Source: Lytechinus pictus (taxonomy: Eukaryota). Taken from it: a DNA stretch of 64,000 nt. The stretch is from the NCBI RefSeq assembly GCF_037042905.1, contig NC_087245.1, positions 1,674,001 through 1,738,000 on the forward strand, written 5' to 3'. The notes under the pieces are model-generated. The model was not told the origin of the DNA and searched no databases. It saw nothing but the letters and a program-made list of their open reading frames with translations. Position numbers and translations under genes: made by a program. This document shows, piece by piece, positions 37,406 through 51,300 of the stretch (within the stretch, counting starts at the first letter, position 1; each line of letters opens with the position of its first letter).

Positions 37406-39984
37406 GAAAAATAAAAATTTCTGGATTTCTGTGAATGTCAAAGCATTATATTCTAAGTATCATTTCAAATTCCAAAAATATTTTTTGGCATTTTTATTTC
37501 ATGCAAAAGTAATTTTATGTATATAAATGTATTTGCAAGCCCCAAATTATCATCTTGAAACTAACAGACGTGGTCTAAGATATTATTTCGTTTTAATTCT
37601 TATATTTCATGTATATATAGGACCTACAGACTTTAAGGTTATTTCTGCATATAAATATTTGATCTTTTTATAACCGGTGTATTCCAACTATGGATATACC
37701 ATTGAATTAGTCGGTTGCAGTCTTTCTCTACTCCCAATTCAAGTTCCTGATCCTTTGTGTTTCTTTTGAATCTGACTCCAAGTTGATAGGTATGAACAAA
37801 GTTGTCATTCACTTCAATTCGGGAACAAAATTAAAATCATTGATAGTTAGGGTATGTACCTATTGTATGAGTTTGTAAACTATACTTTTTCTTTTACAAA
37901 AGTTATTTCAAAGGGCTTTATCTATGTATAGAAGTGAGGTCAGTGTATTTTGTTCATATAGAGGATAAACAAAGGAGAGTTTGAGGTGTTTTTAAATGGA
38001 AAAATTAGATGCATGAAAAAGAAACCTCTCTTTTCCTTTCTTTCTTTTCTTTCCCTTTGTTACTCTTCCCTTTCTTCATCATTAAGTAATCTTGGGTTGG
38101 CCTACCCGTTGCCCGCCAATTTCCGTGTATGTTGAAATGGTCTTTTACTATTATAAACTAATTCTATTTCGAATTTTCCCCAACTTGCAGTTCCATGATT
38201 ACAAGATTCAAAGTAATGCCTCAACACATTACCAAGTTATGCACCTGTTGGTTGTAACCTAAATCCCTCTACTTTGAAGCCCATACACTGAGTCCTCCAA
38301 CCTGATGATTGACACATCTTTATTTACAAAAAGGGGAAATAAACATAGTAAGCAAAAAAAATATATATATAATAAAATAAACCCTGACACACTGTTTCCA
38401 TAAAATGTGTTTTGTAAAAAAAAAAGGGGGGGGGTGTTCAATTTACCCTATCGGTACAATTCATTCAGGTCTGGTTCACTGTATATAATGTAAATTTTCA
38501 GATAAATTACATGGAATACTTTTTGGATGATATGCTAGCACAATCATTTGGCAATGGACACGATTATTTTAATCTGTCAATATTCAGATAAATTAGGTGA
38601 ACTAGAGAATTACACTGGAATTGTTAAAGAGAATATTTAAATCTACGTTTTTATTCAAGGGTCCAGATGGGATAATTTTCAAAATGAAAATCTGTAATAT
38701 CAATTTTAGTGCAATTAGGAACACTATATTGTATTATATTCCAAAGTATAGCTGTTTATTCTGTGTGACTTTTCCATTGAATGTGCAATTAAAATGTATC
38801 TTTATTTTAATGATGGCTTTCGTGTGTTGTTTTATGTGCTCAGGACGAGATCATGAGAGAGGATGTGACAGCATAGGTGGAGAGGAAGAAAGAGAGAGGG
38901 GAAGAAAGAGGAGGGGTGAGATATGGGGAGAGGGGGGGGGGTGGAAGAAGAGGGGGAGAAAGATAGATAGATTGATACATAGAAAACAAGGAAAGAAACG
39001 TCAGAGAGAGAGAAAAAAAAACTGATGCAAAGATAGAGCAGATAGAGTAATTAATGAACCTCATTAAAATAGGATAATTCATCTAAAAGCAAAACCGGAG
39101 AAGAGATTCTTATATTAATTTGTGAATGTTAGATTTTTAATATGCTAATTGTTAAATGCAACCTTGTATCAATATTGCTAAAGCAAGCAACAATACATAT
39201 TACATCATAGAGCTATTACAGAATAGCTCTATGATTACACATAAATGACTGGCATTCTGTCGATCCCTCACATTAGAAACATGTAGTTACTAAAAATAGT
39301 AGTCACAACGCAATGCAACAATTATAAAAGAAAGGCATAATTATAAAAGAGACCAATAGATAATGAATAAGGTTACATGATAACACATAGAACATGTACA
39401 GTTAATCTGACAAAACATATATCAATTGATGTGTATTTAAAAACTAAATTAGTGCTTCAAAATTAAGTTATAAAATTGAAAAATACAAAAATTTGAAATA
39501 CAAAAAATACATCATATAAACACTGCACATTGCTTATTTGCATTGCCCATTACATCACAGCATCCATAAATTACACGCTCAAATGATACATTAATTGCTT
39601 TACTGAGATTTGTACATTATGTAGTGTATAGAGTGATCATGAAAAGTAGGTGCTTTTGATTCCATACACATCCATCATAGAGGATGATTAAGATACATAC
39701 ATGTATAGACTATTAATTTTATTGTCCTGTTAAGCCAAGCATCCCTAAAGATTATTTGAAAATTTAGATTTGCGATTAAAATAAATGAAATGAAATAAGT
39801 TAGAATAGAATAAAATAATAAAATTAGATGCAATAGAATACATTTTACAACAGTGAATTTTTGCTAGTAATGTACTGTTATAAATCTATTGAATTACATG
39901 TAACTAGAACTGCCTGTCAGTCGGCAAGCACATGAGGAAATAAGAGTGAATAAGATCGCTAATATACAAAGCAATATCAATTCA

Positions 39985-40702
39985 TTAACCGTAAATAGAC
40001 TGGGCTATTTTGACCCCTAAGAAGATGGGGGCTGAATAGATCTTGGCCGTTGATCGCGTGATCACAACAAAAATTAACATGCACATTACCCATGACATAA
40101 TCTACAAAACAGTAAGAACAATATTCTGCGAAAAATCTCTTTACTAATTTATTATGCAAATTTATGCGCAAAATCAAAAGTTTTCTCTATTTAACTAAAT
40201 AATGCCCCTAAAATGCTTATTTTTGGTTCACAGACTTTATAGGATTTTGATCAAATATACTTTAAAATAAAAACAATATCACATTTATTTTCTTATGTAT
40301 TTTATTGTTTTCTAAATTTCTTATGTATATCTATATTTTTCGACTTTGTTTTTTATTGTTTTCTCAATGGACATTGTCAGGGACTTTATTTTGACCATAA
40401 ACAAGATGAAAGTCATTGATTTTAATCATTAAAAGGAAAAATAATGATACATTTACGAATTTCGGCTAAAACACTATTTGCATTGGATTTGAACACAAAT
40501 TCACGTTTTTGAGCAACTTTGGGTCTGCATGTACTTACAAAACGTTGCATCATTTTCGGAACTGCGTACCCGGGGGTCGCAATTTTGGTCTCAAAAGTTG
40601 TGTGAGACTTGAAAGTAAAAGTCAAAGAACAAAAATTTTGCGTGGCAGATTCATCGCGAAAAATGTTGAAGGGTGGCTGAATCAGCCCTCCCCCAGGGTT
40701 AA
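39985..40702. mobile_element. Non-autonomous piggyBac-like element
   Basis: Bounded by TTAA-CC and GGG-TTAA. Internal GGGGGCTGAAT and GGCTGAATCAGCCC subterminal motifs. The right TIR is partly deleted. Confidence 0.45.
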
Positions 40703-42070
40703 GGGTGTTATTATTGTACAATAAACACATTTGAAATGCTAGAAATATATCCACTATCCACATGGCAAAAAGGTTTAATCAGTCAATTCCAAATATATAT
40801 GTTTAAGCTACCAGCTCACTTTCATTGTTCCTATATTTTTCAGAAACTCATATTCTTAAGCTTTCCAAATAAAGATCTATATATTAACCAAAACAGTTTG
40901 TTGGGATCTACTTGAATACAAAATACAATATTGATTGCATCTACCTACAGCATCAAATAAGTCTCCTATAAATCTCTGAAGTAGGATTTTAGATTTCTGT
41001 GGTTTCAACTTTCAAGCAGTTGGGTGACAGGAAAACACAGATCTCATTGGGTTACAGCTACATGCTGGTTTAGTTTGATTAGGAATATCAAAACAAAAGG
41101 GAAGACTATGATTCACTAAATTATTATCATAACATTACCCTTGTACACCTCCATTTCTCATAACTCACTTTATATGAGGCTGTCAAATTGGCTTGTTTCT
41201 AATAAACTACTAAATCACAAAAACAATTATTAAAAGAGGGGAAGCGTGATGCAATTTTACTTGATAGCTCATGTATTAAAATATCCATGGTACTACAATC
41301 TTTATTGCCATGCCTCTATTGCTTATATCTCCAATAAAAAAATCTTAACATTTTTTGGGCTAACTTGAATATTTTCATCCAGTATTATGTCAATTACCCA
41401 TTCAATTTTAAATTGCATCATAATAAATCCAAATAGGGAATTCACAAGATTCTATAAAGATGAGAACAAATTGTTGTTGTTCTTAAGTGGTACATCAAAT
41501 AACATTTAACATATATTATATATTTCACTAATTAAAAAAAAAACACCATCATACTAGGACAATAGGAACTATCAATATTGTACAAATAATATTAGCACTG
41601 TACACACATCTTTACAAACACTAGGTACAAAAATAAAAATCTATAGACATTATTCACATTATGTACAAATCAAGGTGACTTAAGATTATAAAGAATGATA
41701 TCGTGATTACTCTAAGACAGCATCAAAGAAAACATAATTTGAATCAAATGAGACAGTTTTAAGAATATTGATGTCATAATTTCATTCAATAAACAACAGA
41801 TGTATAAATCCCTCATTAAGATTGGTGTACAACCACTGTGTTTACTTTCCATTTGGTCTCATCCCATATGGTCTAATCCTTGTTAATCTACAACCAATCT
41901 GTTCTAACCATTTGGATTAATTGTCATTTAACCCATTTACCATTTGGTCTAATATTCACTTGGTCTAACACTACTTAGTCTATTATGTTTAGTTGACCTG
42001 ATAATGAACCATATTTTCATTAGAAAAAAGTGACAAAGTTTATCAAGTGATGGTTGGACCAAATGGCAAT

Positions 42071-43225
42071 TAGACCAATTTGACATGAGACCAAGTGAGT
42101 TTACCCATGATGGCATTAGACCAATTTGACATGAGACCAAGTGAGTTTACCCATGATGGCATTAGACCAATTTGACATGAGACCAAGTGAGTTTACCCAT
42201 GATGGCATTAGACCAATTTGACATGAGACCAAGTGAGTTTACCCATGATGGCATTAGACCAATTTGACATGAGACCAAGTGAGTTTACCCATGATGGCAT
42301 TAGACCAATTTGACATGAGACCAAGTGAGTTTACCCATGATGGCATTAGACCAATTTGACATGAGACCAAGTGAGTTTACCCATGATGGCATTAGACCAA
42401 TTTGACATGAGACCAAGTGAGTTTACCCATGATGGCATTAGACCAATTTGACATGAGACCAAGTGAGTTTACCCATGATGGCATTTGACCAATTTGACAT
42501 GAGACCAAGTGGGTTTACCCATGATGGCATTAGACCAATTTGACATGAGACCAAGTGGGTTTACCCATGATGGAATTAGACCAATTTGACATGAGACCAA
42601 GTGGGTTTACCCATGATGGCATTAGACCAATTTGACATGAGACCAAGTGAGTTTACCCATGATGGCATTAGACCAATTTGACATGAGACCAAGTGAGTTT
42701 ACCCATGATGGCATTAGACCAATTTGACATGAGACCAAGTGAGTTTACCCATGATGGCATTTGACCAATTTGACATGAGACCAAGTGGGTTTACCCATGA
42801 TGGCATTAGACCAATTTGACATGAGACCAAGTGGGTTTACCCATGATGGAATTAGACCAATTTGACATGAGACCAAGTGGGTTTACCCATGATGGCATTA
42901 GACCAATTTGACATGAGACCAAGTGAGTTTACCCATGATGGCATTAGACCAATTTGACATGAGACCAAGTGGGTTTACCCATGATGGCATTAGACCAATT
43001 TGACATGAGACCAAGTGGGTTTACCCATGATGGCATTAGACCAATTTGACATGAGACCAAGTGAGTTTACCCATGATGGCATTAGACCAATTTGACATGA
43101 GACCAAGTGAGTTTACCCATGATGGCATTAGACCAATTTGACATGAGACCAAGTGAGTTTACCCATGATGGCATTAGACCAATTTGACATGAGACCAAGT
43201 GGGTTTACCCATGATGGCATTAGAC
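42071..43225. repeat. 46-bp minisatellite, 25 copies (TAGACCAATTTGACATGAGACCAAGTGAGTTTACCCATGATGGCAT)
   Basis: Period 46 from 42071 to 43221. Diagnostic variants recur at 276 bp (6 units). Confidence 0.97.
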
Positions 43226-43910
43226 AACCTGAGAATTAGATCATCATATGGTGTTGCAAGAAACTTGGTCCCTAAATCAATCATATGTCTTGCAATTAAT
43301 TGCAAGTCTATTTTTGGTCCCTAAATCAATCATATGTCTTGCAATTAATTGCATTCATGATTGATTGCTTATCTGCTCCTCGAAACAAAGAGTGTAATCT
43401 GATTTGCTCGAGCTAAAATCAATTTCTCACTTATAAAATTGCAACAGAATATTTGCAATTGATTGCAAATATTTTCTTGCAACACCTGACCCCCTAAGTG
43501 GATACTGATAAAGCCATCTGTTAAAACATGAGTCAATCCATTTAGGAAAGAATGATTCCTGACGGCATCTACCAATGTACCTGATCTGACTCAATGATCC
43601 ATATCACATAAATCAAATATTTGCCACTTTGTATTCTCAAAAACAGGGAAAAGGGAGAGAGGCTTGGGTCTTGACCTTTGATTGCAATAGCTTACTTGAA
43701 TTGTTGAATGAAGGTAAATAAAGTATAATCAATATTCTTTCCCCAAAAAACATATTCCTGGTTATTGCACTGTCTGATTTCTGCTTCAAACTTGAAGAAT
43801 TTTCTTTTCGCACTTTCATTCAATGCAGGTAGTAAGATAGTAAGAAAATAAAACTTCATTACAATTGTGAATTCACTTCATTATTTCCCACATACGTACA
43901 TTAATAATCT

Positions 43911-44940
43911 AACAAGGCAAACGCCAAGCGTTGTCTCGCCTGCATATTGCAGTCATGAAGAGACTGCATGTCAAAACTACATGTATGCTATACGACTTAG
44001 TTGGACCTCTGTTACGAGTTTGGCGATCCCACCTCGAAGCTATAGAAAGTTATTGTGTGTACAACACAGCAGTGCCAGTCATGGAAAGTTCATTGACCTT
44101 TGACCTTAATCAAATTCAACTCACATTCGAACTTGACCTGCACCTTCAAGAGATGGACCTCTTGTTTGAATTTGGCAATCCTACGTCAAAGATATAGAAA
44201 GTTATTGTGTGTACAGCACAGCACAGTGCCAGTCATGGAAAGTTCATTGACCTTTGACCTTATTCAAATTCGGCTCACATTTAAACTTGACCTGCACCTT
44301 CAAGAGATGGACCTCTATTATGAATTTGGCGATCTCACCTCGAAGCTATAGAAAGTTATTGTGTGTACAACACAGCACAGTGCCAGTCATGGAAAGTTCA
44401 TTGACCTTTGACCTTATTCAAATTCGACTCATATTCGAACTTGACCTGTGCCTTCAGGAGATGGACCTCTGGTATGAATTTGGTGATCCCACCTCGAAGA
44501 TATAGAAAGTTATTATGTGTACAACACAGCACAGTGCCAGTCATGGAAAGTTCATTGACCTTTGACCTTATTCAAATTCGACTCATATTCGAACTTGACC
44601 TGTGCCTTTAGGAGATGGACCTCTGGTATGAATTTGGTGATCCCACCTCGAAGCTATAGAAAGTTATTGGGTGTACAAAGTTATTATGTGTACAACACAG
44701 CACAGTGCCAGTCATGGAAAGTTCATTGACCTTTGACCTTATTCAAATTCGACTCATATTCGAACTTGACCTGTGCCTTCAGGAGATGGACCTCTGGTAT
44801 GAATTTGGTGATCCCACCTTGAAGCTATAGAAAGTTATTGGGTGTACAACACAATTGTTGACGACGGCGACGACAACGACGACGCCGACACCGGAAATAG
44901 TGATACCTATGTCTCGCTCCGCTACGCAGGCGAGACAAAA
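43911..44940. mobile_element. Tsp/pearl/DINE-type (Helentron-associated) non-autonomous element with internal 154-bp tandem repeats
   Basis: Starts AACAAG, has subterminal TGTCTCGCCTGC and its inverse GCAGGCGAGACA at the far end within a short hairpin. About 5.5 internal 154-bp repeats and a (GAC)n microsatellite before the end. Confidence 0.75.
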
Positions 44941-45338
44941 ATGACAATCATAATTCAAGTCTTGCAGTAAGTACTGCCATAAATGCAACTGTTTCACAAA
45001 GAATACAAAATATAAATTGTTTGGGAAAAAAATATGAACATAATAAGTACTGTTTCATTTCAAAAGCCACTTCACATCACAAGAAATGAGAGATAAGTAC
45101 CATGAATATCTTGGTTCTAAATTTACCTCGAGCCCCAGTTGTCATGGTAATCATAGGCAATGGGCCACAATAGATATGAGAACGAACATTTTGGAGGCGG
45201 ATCTTAAGCCAGGTAAAAGACATCCCTATTCCAAAGAGTAAGAGTAGTTTGTAATCAGGCACCTGTTCTTAAAGTCAATTAAGCAGCAGAACATCTTTTT
45301 GACAGCACACAAACCTGATCGGAGAGGGATGTTTATCA

Positions 45339-48300
45339 TCAGCCTATACTCTCATCATCTGAATACTCAACCGTTTTCCATCCCTTCGCTGCAAAATGAA
45401 CTCCACCTGCAAAAGACAAATGTGAAAATTAACATAATGAATACATGATAAAAATAATATCAATTTGACCTTAAAATTGATGATTCTTTTTAGGAGTAAT
45501 GTGGATAATTTATACTTGAGTGATATCTTTTCAAAAAATCAGTGAAGCAGAAAGATTCAAATAGTGAAACTCATGATCACCATTCTATTAAGAATGGGTG
45601 AACAGTGTCAACACTTTGAACCATGTGTACTTAATAAGAAATATATTGGGAAGATCTACAACGAATATTTTTGTTTAAACCAGATTGTCATCATCGGCCA
45701 TCAATCTTTAGGTAGACCTTTAATCCCCTATCGTGCTAACATTCTTTGTTATTACTTTTACATGATCTATTGAATATACATTTATGTTCAAGTTCATTTT
45801 TTACCTCTTCTTTCTTGGAAGTACTTCGTATATTTTTAGGAAAGGCACTTAAAGAAATAATCACATTATTATTACTATTATTATCATCTCTCCGATAAGA
45901 GACAATGGCTAGAGCAGTGTAGTCATTTCACCTCAATAGTTCATTTTGATTTCAATGTATGTTTACTTACTTGGTGGATCTCTCTCTGTCCTATTTAGTG
46001 CATTGGTTGAACGGGATGGTTTTAGAACTGGAGCCGGTCTCACTGTTGCATCTAATCCTCCTATATGATTGGCTGTCATTTTGGAGGCGTCGCCCCCAGC
46101 CATGGACTGGGCCCAGTCTGGTCTACCATGGGATGATTCAGCAGAAATATTCTGGGCCAAATAAATATACATGTAAAAAATTACAATAGTAACAGTTTTA
46201 TTGTCTGTACTGTAAATGGTTCTAACAGCTTGTACATGTATGTTTCAATATAAAACATTAACTAAATGTTTGTTTGTCTTTCTTTCCAGCAGAGCTTGTC
46301 TTATGGAATGGAACTTCAATAACAATTGTGAAATAACTACGTAACTCTTATTAAAACTTTGAAATAACTGACTTTGCCCCCTTGGATATCAGCACACTAA
46401 ATATTTGGGAATGCTACGATTTTTCACACACTTCTATTTTACTGTGGAAGGAGGAATATAAGAATCAAATATTCAATAACAATATCATGTTTGGTTCCCA
46501 TCACAGTAGGAACTTTCCATTCCAATAATTAAAATCTGTATGATCATATAAGGAGCAGACTTCACACGATTCAAACTGATATAATTATAGACCCCCTCCC
46601 CGGTCAAAAAAACAAACAAGTGGAATGCTTCTGGCGGTCTCACATGCATCACACGATTCAATATAGTAGCAGTGCTGACTTTGAAAACTACTATAAAACA
46701 ATTATTCAAAAAAAAAAATCATATAGTGATACTACGTTCATTGACCTTTGACCTTAATCATGTGACCTAAAACTTGTCAGTCAGTGAAACTTGATTACCC
46801 CTATATCCACATTTTATACACTATATCTATAAACTTTGAAAGTTATGACAGCAATCTTATAATTACCCCTAAAATGGCAAAAGTTCAATGACCTTAAATG
46901 ACCTTTGACTTTGGTCATGTGACCTGAAACTCGCACAGGATGTTCAAAGATACTTGATTACTCTTATGTCCAAGTTTCATGAATCAGATCCATAGACTTT
47001 CAAAGTTATGTTAATTCAACAGATACCCCAACATGGCCAAAGTTCATTGACCTTTGACCTTGGTCATGTGACCTGAAACTCGCACAGGATGTTCAGTGAT
47101 ACTTGATTACTCTTATGTTCAAGTTTCATGAATCAGATCCATAAACTTGTAAAGTTATGATGGTAATTCAATAGATACCCCCAACTTGGCCAAAGTTCAT
47201 TGACCCTAAATGACCTTTGACCTTGTTCATGTGACTTGAAACTCTGGCAGGATGTTCAGTAATACTTGATTAAGCTTATGTTCAAGTTTCATGAACTAGG
47301 TCCATATATTTTCCTAAGTTATGATGACATTTCAAAAACTTAACCATAGGTTAAGATTTTGATGTTGATTCCCCCAACATGGTCTAAGTTCATTGACCCT
47401 AAATGACCTTTGACCTTGGTCATGTGACCTGAAACTCAGGCAGGATGTTCAGTAATACTTGATTAAGCTTATGTTTAAGTTTCATGAACTAGGTCCATAT
47501 ACTTAGTAAGTTATGATGTAATTTCAAAAAACTTAACCTTCGGTTAAGATTTGGTGTTGACGCCGCCGCCGCCGTCGGAAAAGCGGCGCCTATAGTCTCA
47601 CTCTGCTATGCAGGTGAGACAAAAACAATAGGTTTGCTCCTCAAAATAATAACAATGGATATAATGCTACTGGGCCTGTAGAATATTAAATATTAGAACC
47701 AACCCCTGCATAATATGGAGGAAAACCAAGAAATTATTGAAGTTAATGTATTAATTTCAAAAATTTTCTCTGATAGTAAAGACAACAGGATTTATACCAC
47801 TGCATTTTCAGTAAAATTGCAATGCAAACCAAACTGTTCTCTAGCAAGCTGTCATAGCAATGTAATTCATGACTATGCAAACTCTGTAATTTTCTATAAT
47901 AACAACGCAAAGTCCCATTCATTTCAATGTGCATCTAAATTACAAATTTTTCTATTGCTCTCTCTCTCATTTTTTCTTCCCTGTCTTCTTCATGAGCACT
48001 TTTGTCAAAGTGGAAATGGCACTATGAAATTATCATATATTATTATCATAATAATACTGAACATATAAAAGAATATGAGCATACTTACAGAAGCTGATCT
48101 TGCTCTTTTAAGCTTAGCATTAAACTGTGTTGATGGGAGTGTTTTTGATGCCCCACTACTCTTGATGTTAGGGGAATTTCCTGTTTTGTCGGGGGTCATT
48201 GCACCTTGTGGTCTTCTCTTCCCACTGGCTTCAAGCTTTTCCATTCTCCTTTGCCTAGGAATGAAATAGTGGTTTTACAAGTGAGATTATAGGTATAGTT

Positions 48301-51300
48301 TAAAACATTATGGTCAAGTGCACTGAAAACAAGTTCTTATTTAGTATTTGATTACGCTAAATAGAGATACATCATGATGGAGAAGTTTAAAACAATTTAG
48401 AACCTAATTCCGATAGATTTTATCACAATTTAAACATGGGTTATGCAAAATTTTGAGGGGCTAGTGGCGGAAAGGAGGGGATGAGGTGAACTCCATTTCA
48501 AACAACTAGAGCATTGTCTCCATGGCATAGGATGACTAAGTACAAGAACAAGTAAAGATCTTTGTTTGTTTTTTTGTTTTTCAATACATAAACAAGTAAA
48601 ACTTACAAGCCACATTTACTCAATTAACTACCTTGCTTTCAACAATTCATCGTCATTATCCAAATAATTATTGCGATGTGTATCCATGGCAACAGGGGCA
48701 TTGGCCCTCCAAGGTTTATGCTGGAGTGGTTTTGGGGGTTTACTCTTGGTAGACCATGCAGTCTTTCTTGGTGGGGTTACTGTCTTCTTGGTGTCATTCT
48801 CATTGTTACCTTGGCCATTTGTTGTGACCTGCTTCTGCTTTGGTGCATCCTACAAGAAATGAGAAAAAAAATCTTTACCTTGTCAATTTTGAAATTTAAA
48901 AACTGTTAGATTATGATCAATGGTAGTGTAGCAATCATAAAATAATGACGAAAGTAATACCAGATCCTACGTAACAGAAAGCTGTGAACCACGGGCAAAG
49001 AAGACCATAATAGAGACATGATATAAGGTTGAGAGAGAGAAAAGGAAATGACAAAATGAGAGCAAGGGAGGAAAGCAAAACAGAAAGTGAAGAGAGGAAC
49101 TCAGATAATTCTTTCTGCCTAAATTATATGAGAGAAAATATAAGATAGGGAAGAGAGAGAGAGAGGGGGTGGGAGAGAGAGAGAGAGGATAAGCCCATGT
49201 TAAGAAGTTAAAAGTAGGTGAACTAAGGACAGTCAGATGGCACAAAACTGAAACTTTGTACATATTCAACACTAATTATTATTATTATTTTTAAGAAAGT
49301 CAAGATCAACAACATTCAATCTAATCCCCCCAAAATGAGTTTATCATTAAATCATTTAGAGCCTCAAACAGACCATGTGCTTCTCACCTTTGGAGGAAGA
49401 TAGTGTAAGCTACGAACATTCTCAAGATAGTGTCGCTTCCAGACTCCTGTCTCGTACACGCTAGGAGTGAATGTCAGATACCAGCCAAGCTTGAGTGCCT
49501 TAGGCATCCATAGTTGATCCAACTCAGTCAGGTAGCGCCAGTACCAACAAACCTGGTTTTAGAATATCACAATTCATTATTAATCATACCTGTACATTCT
49601 AATAAACTTCAAAATATGATATATATTTGAATCAATTATCTGATACTTCTTTCTCAAAGATATCTCGGCATTATACTTTGATTCCACAGAATGTGATTTT
49701 TTTTTAAGTAGGGAAGTACTGCAAATATTTTGAAACTGTAACGATGTCAGCAAACAATGAGATAATTCACCTTCATAATAAAGTAAAATATTCTCTTCCT
49801 GCAAGTCTGCAAACCAATCTTAACTGAATAAGCGCATACTTAGATCATATCAAGATCAAAATCCAAAATTAGATCCACTAAAAAAAAATCACTTTAGAAA
49901 TCAAATGAAGTATAAATTACCAAATATTTCCATTAAGTAACAAGTAAAAGCGAAATGTTTTCAAATGTTTTAAGTTTCTCCTGTTTGTTGTGGGTACCAT
50001 GTCACAAAGGACATCATCATTGCTAGGTTGTCATTCTCAGACAAATCCGTAAATAACGATGGTGACAAGTTCAATGTCTTTAACTCACTTGAGCAGTTCT
50101 ACAGAGACTCCTAGGATCCAGGAATGAGAAGATGTAAAGACTGAGTGCTCTAGGTAATACCCTTGTGAAGTCCACACGCTCAACAGGTAGCTGCACCTTG
50201 ACCAATGATTTAGTGTACTGGAGCTGGGACATTGTACAACGGTCCACAATGTCCGCTATCACATTTCTCTTCTGTGCATCTGTCCATTTGTCAAACTGAA
50301 ACAAAATAAGAATTGAAGGAACTGAATGAGAGATATACATATCAGCATTGTAGTGCCTTGATGCTTAGCCTTAATGCGCTATAAGACCTATAGTTCCATG
50401 CCTTAGTCTCAGACTTTGATGCCTTTGCACTTTCATAGAATTTCCAAGGCATATATTTCTACTAATCAAATTACTGGGAATGGTAAAAAATATTACGATA
50501 ATAATAAGCATCACAATCATGGTATAGTAGTACTAACTATTAAGCTTATTGAAGTTAACTATTACATAGAGAAGTAATTTGAGTAAAAGTAGAATCACTG
50601 TTTATGTCATTACCATTATACTACTCATATGTAACACTAATGATAAGAATTATATCAGTTATAAACAGTCAGAAAAGAGTAAAAACAAGAATAAAATAAA
50701 AATGAAAGTTCTAGTTCTTTACCCATTTTTGGATGACTTCTCGCCTTTCTTCGAATACCTGTTGGCAAAAATATGTTAAAGGAAATCAATTACTTGTTTA
50801 AAATCATAGAGAAACCCCAAACAAAAAAAAGAGAACATTCTTTGAATACATGTCCATGTAAATAGAGAAAATTCATACAGGCATAATCCTGACAATTTCA
50901 TCAAAATCAATAGCAAAATAAGAAAGTTATGACATATTACAATATAATGAAAACCAGATCATAAATGTAACTGAACAGAACTAGGTATTTGTGTTACAAA
51001 ATTGATATAATTAAAGATTGTTTTAGAGTGTGTGCTCTGCTGTAAGTTGCCTCTAGAGACTCAATACAAACAGGGTGATATCAGGCTGCAAGTGAAAATG
51101 ACATCTTTCTTATTTTACATATTATTTTGATGAATCTTTCATCATTGACATTGTGCTCATTTGATTTTTATCTACATGTATTTAGAAGTCAACACCCATT
51201 AAAATCAAGACAACATTTTGCTGGGATGGACTTCCTCTCTGTTTTAGACTTAAAGGGGAAGTTGACCCTGACAATATGTTGGTTTTAATAAAAGCAGAAA

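Noticed and set aside
42071-43225. CRISPR-like appearance of regular repeats (also 32.9-33.6 kb and 43.9-44.9 kb)
   Set aside because: The units are head-to-tail with no unique spacers, there are no cas genes, and the context is eukaryotic.
48680-48693. Perfect X-box GTATCCATGGCAAC inside FBXO16 exon 5
   Set aside because: Explained by the Val-Ala-Met-Asp codons, with no independent evidence of regulatory use.
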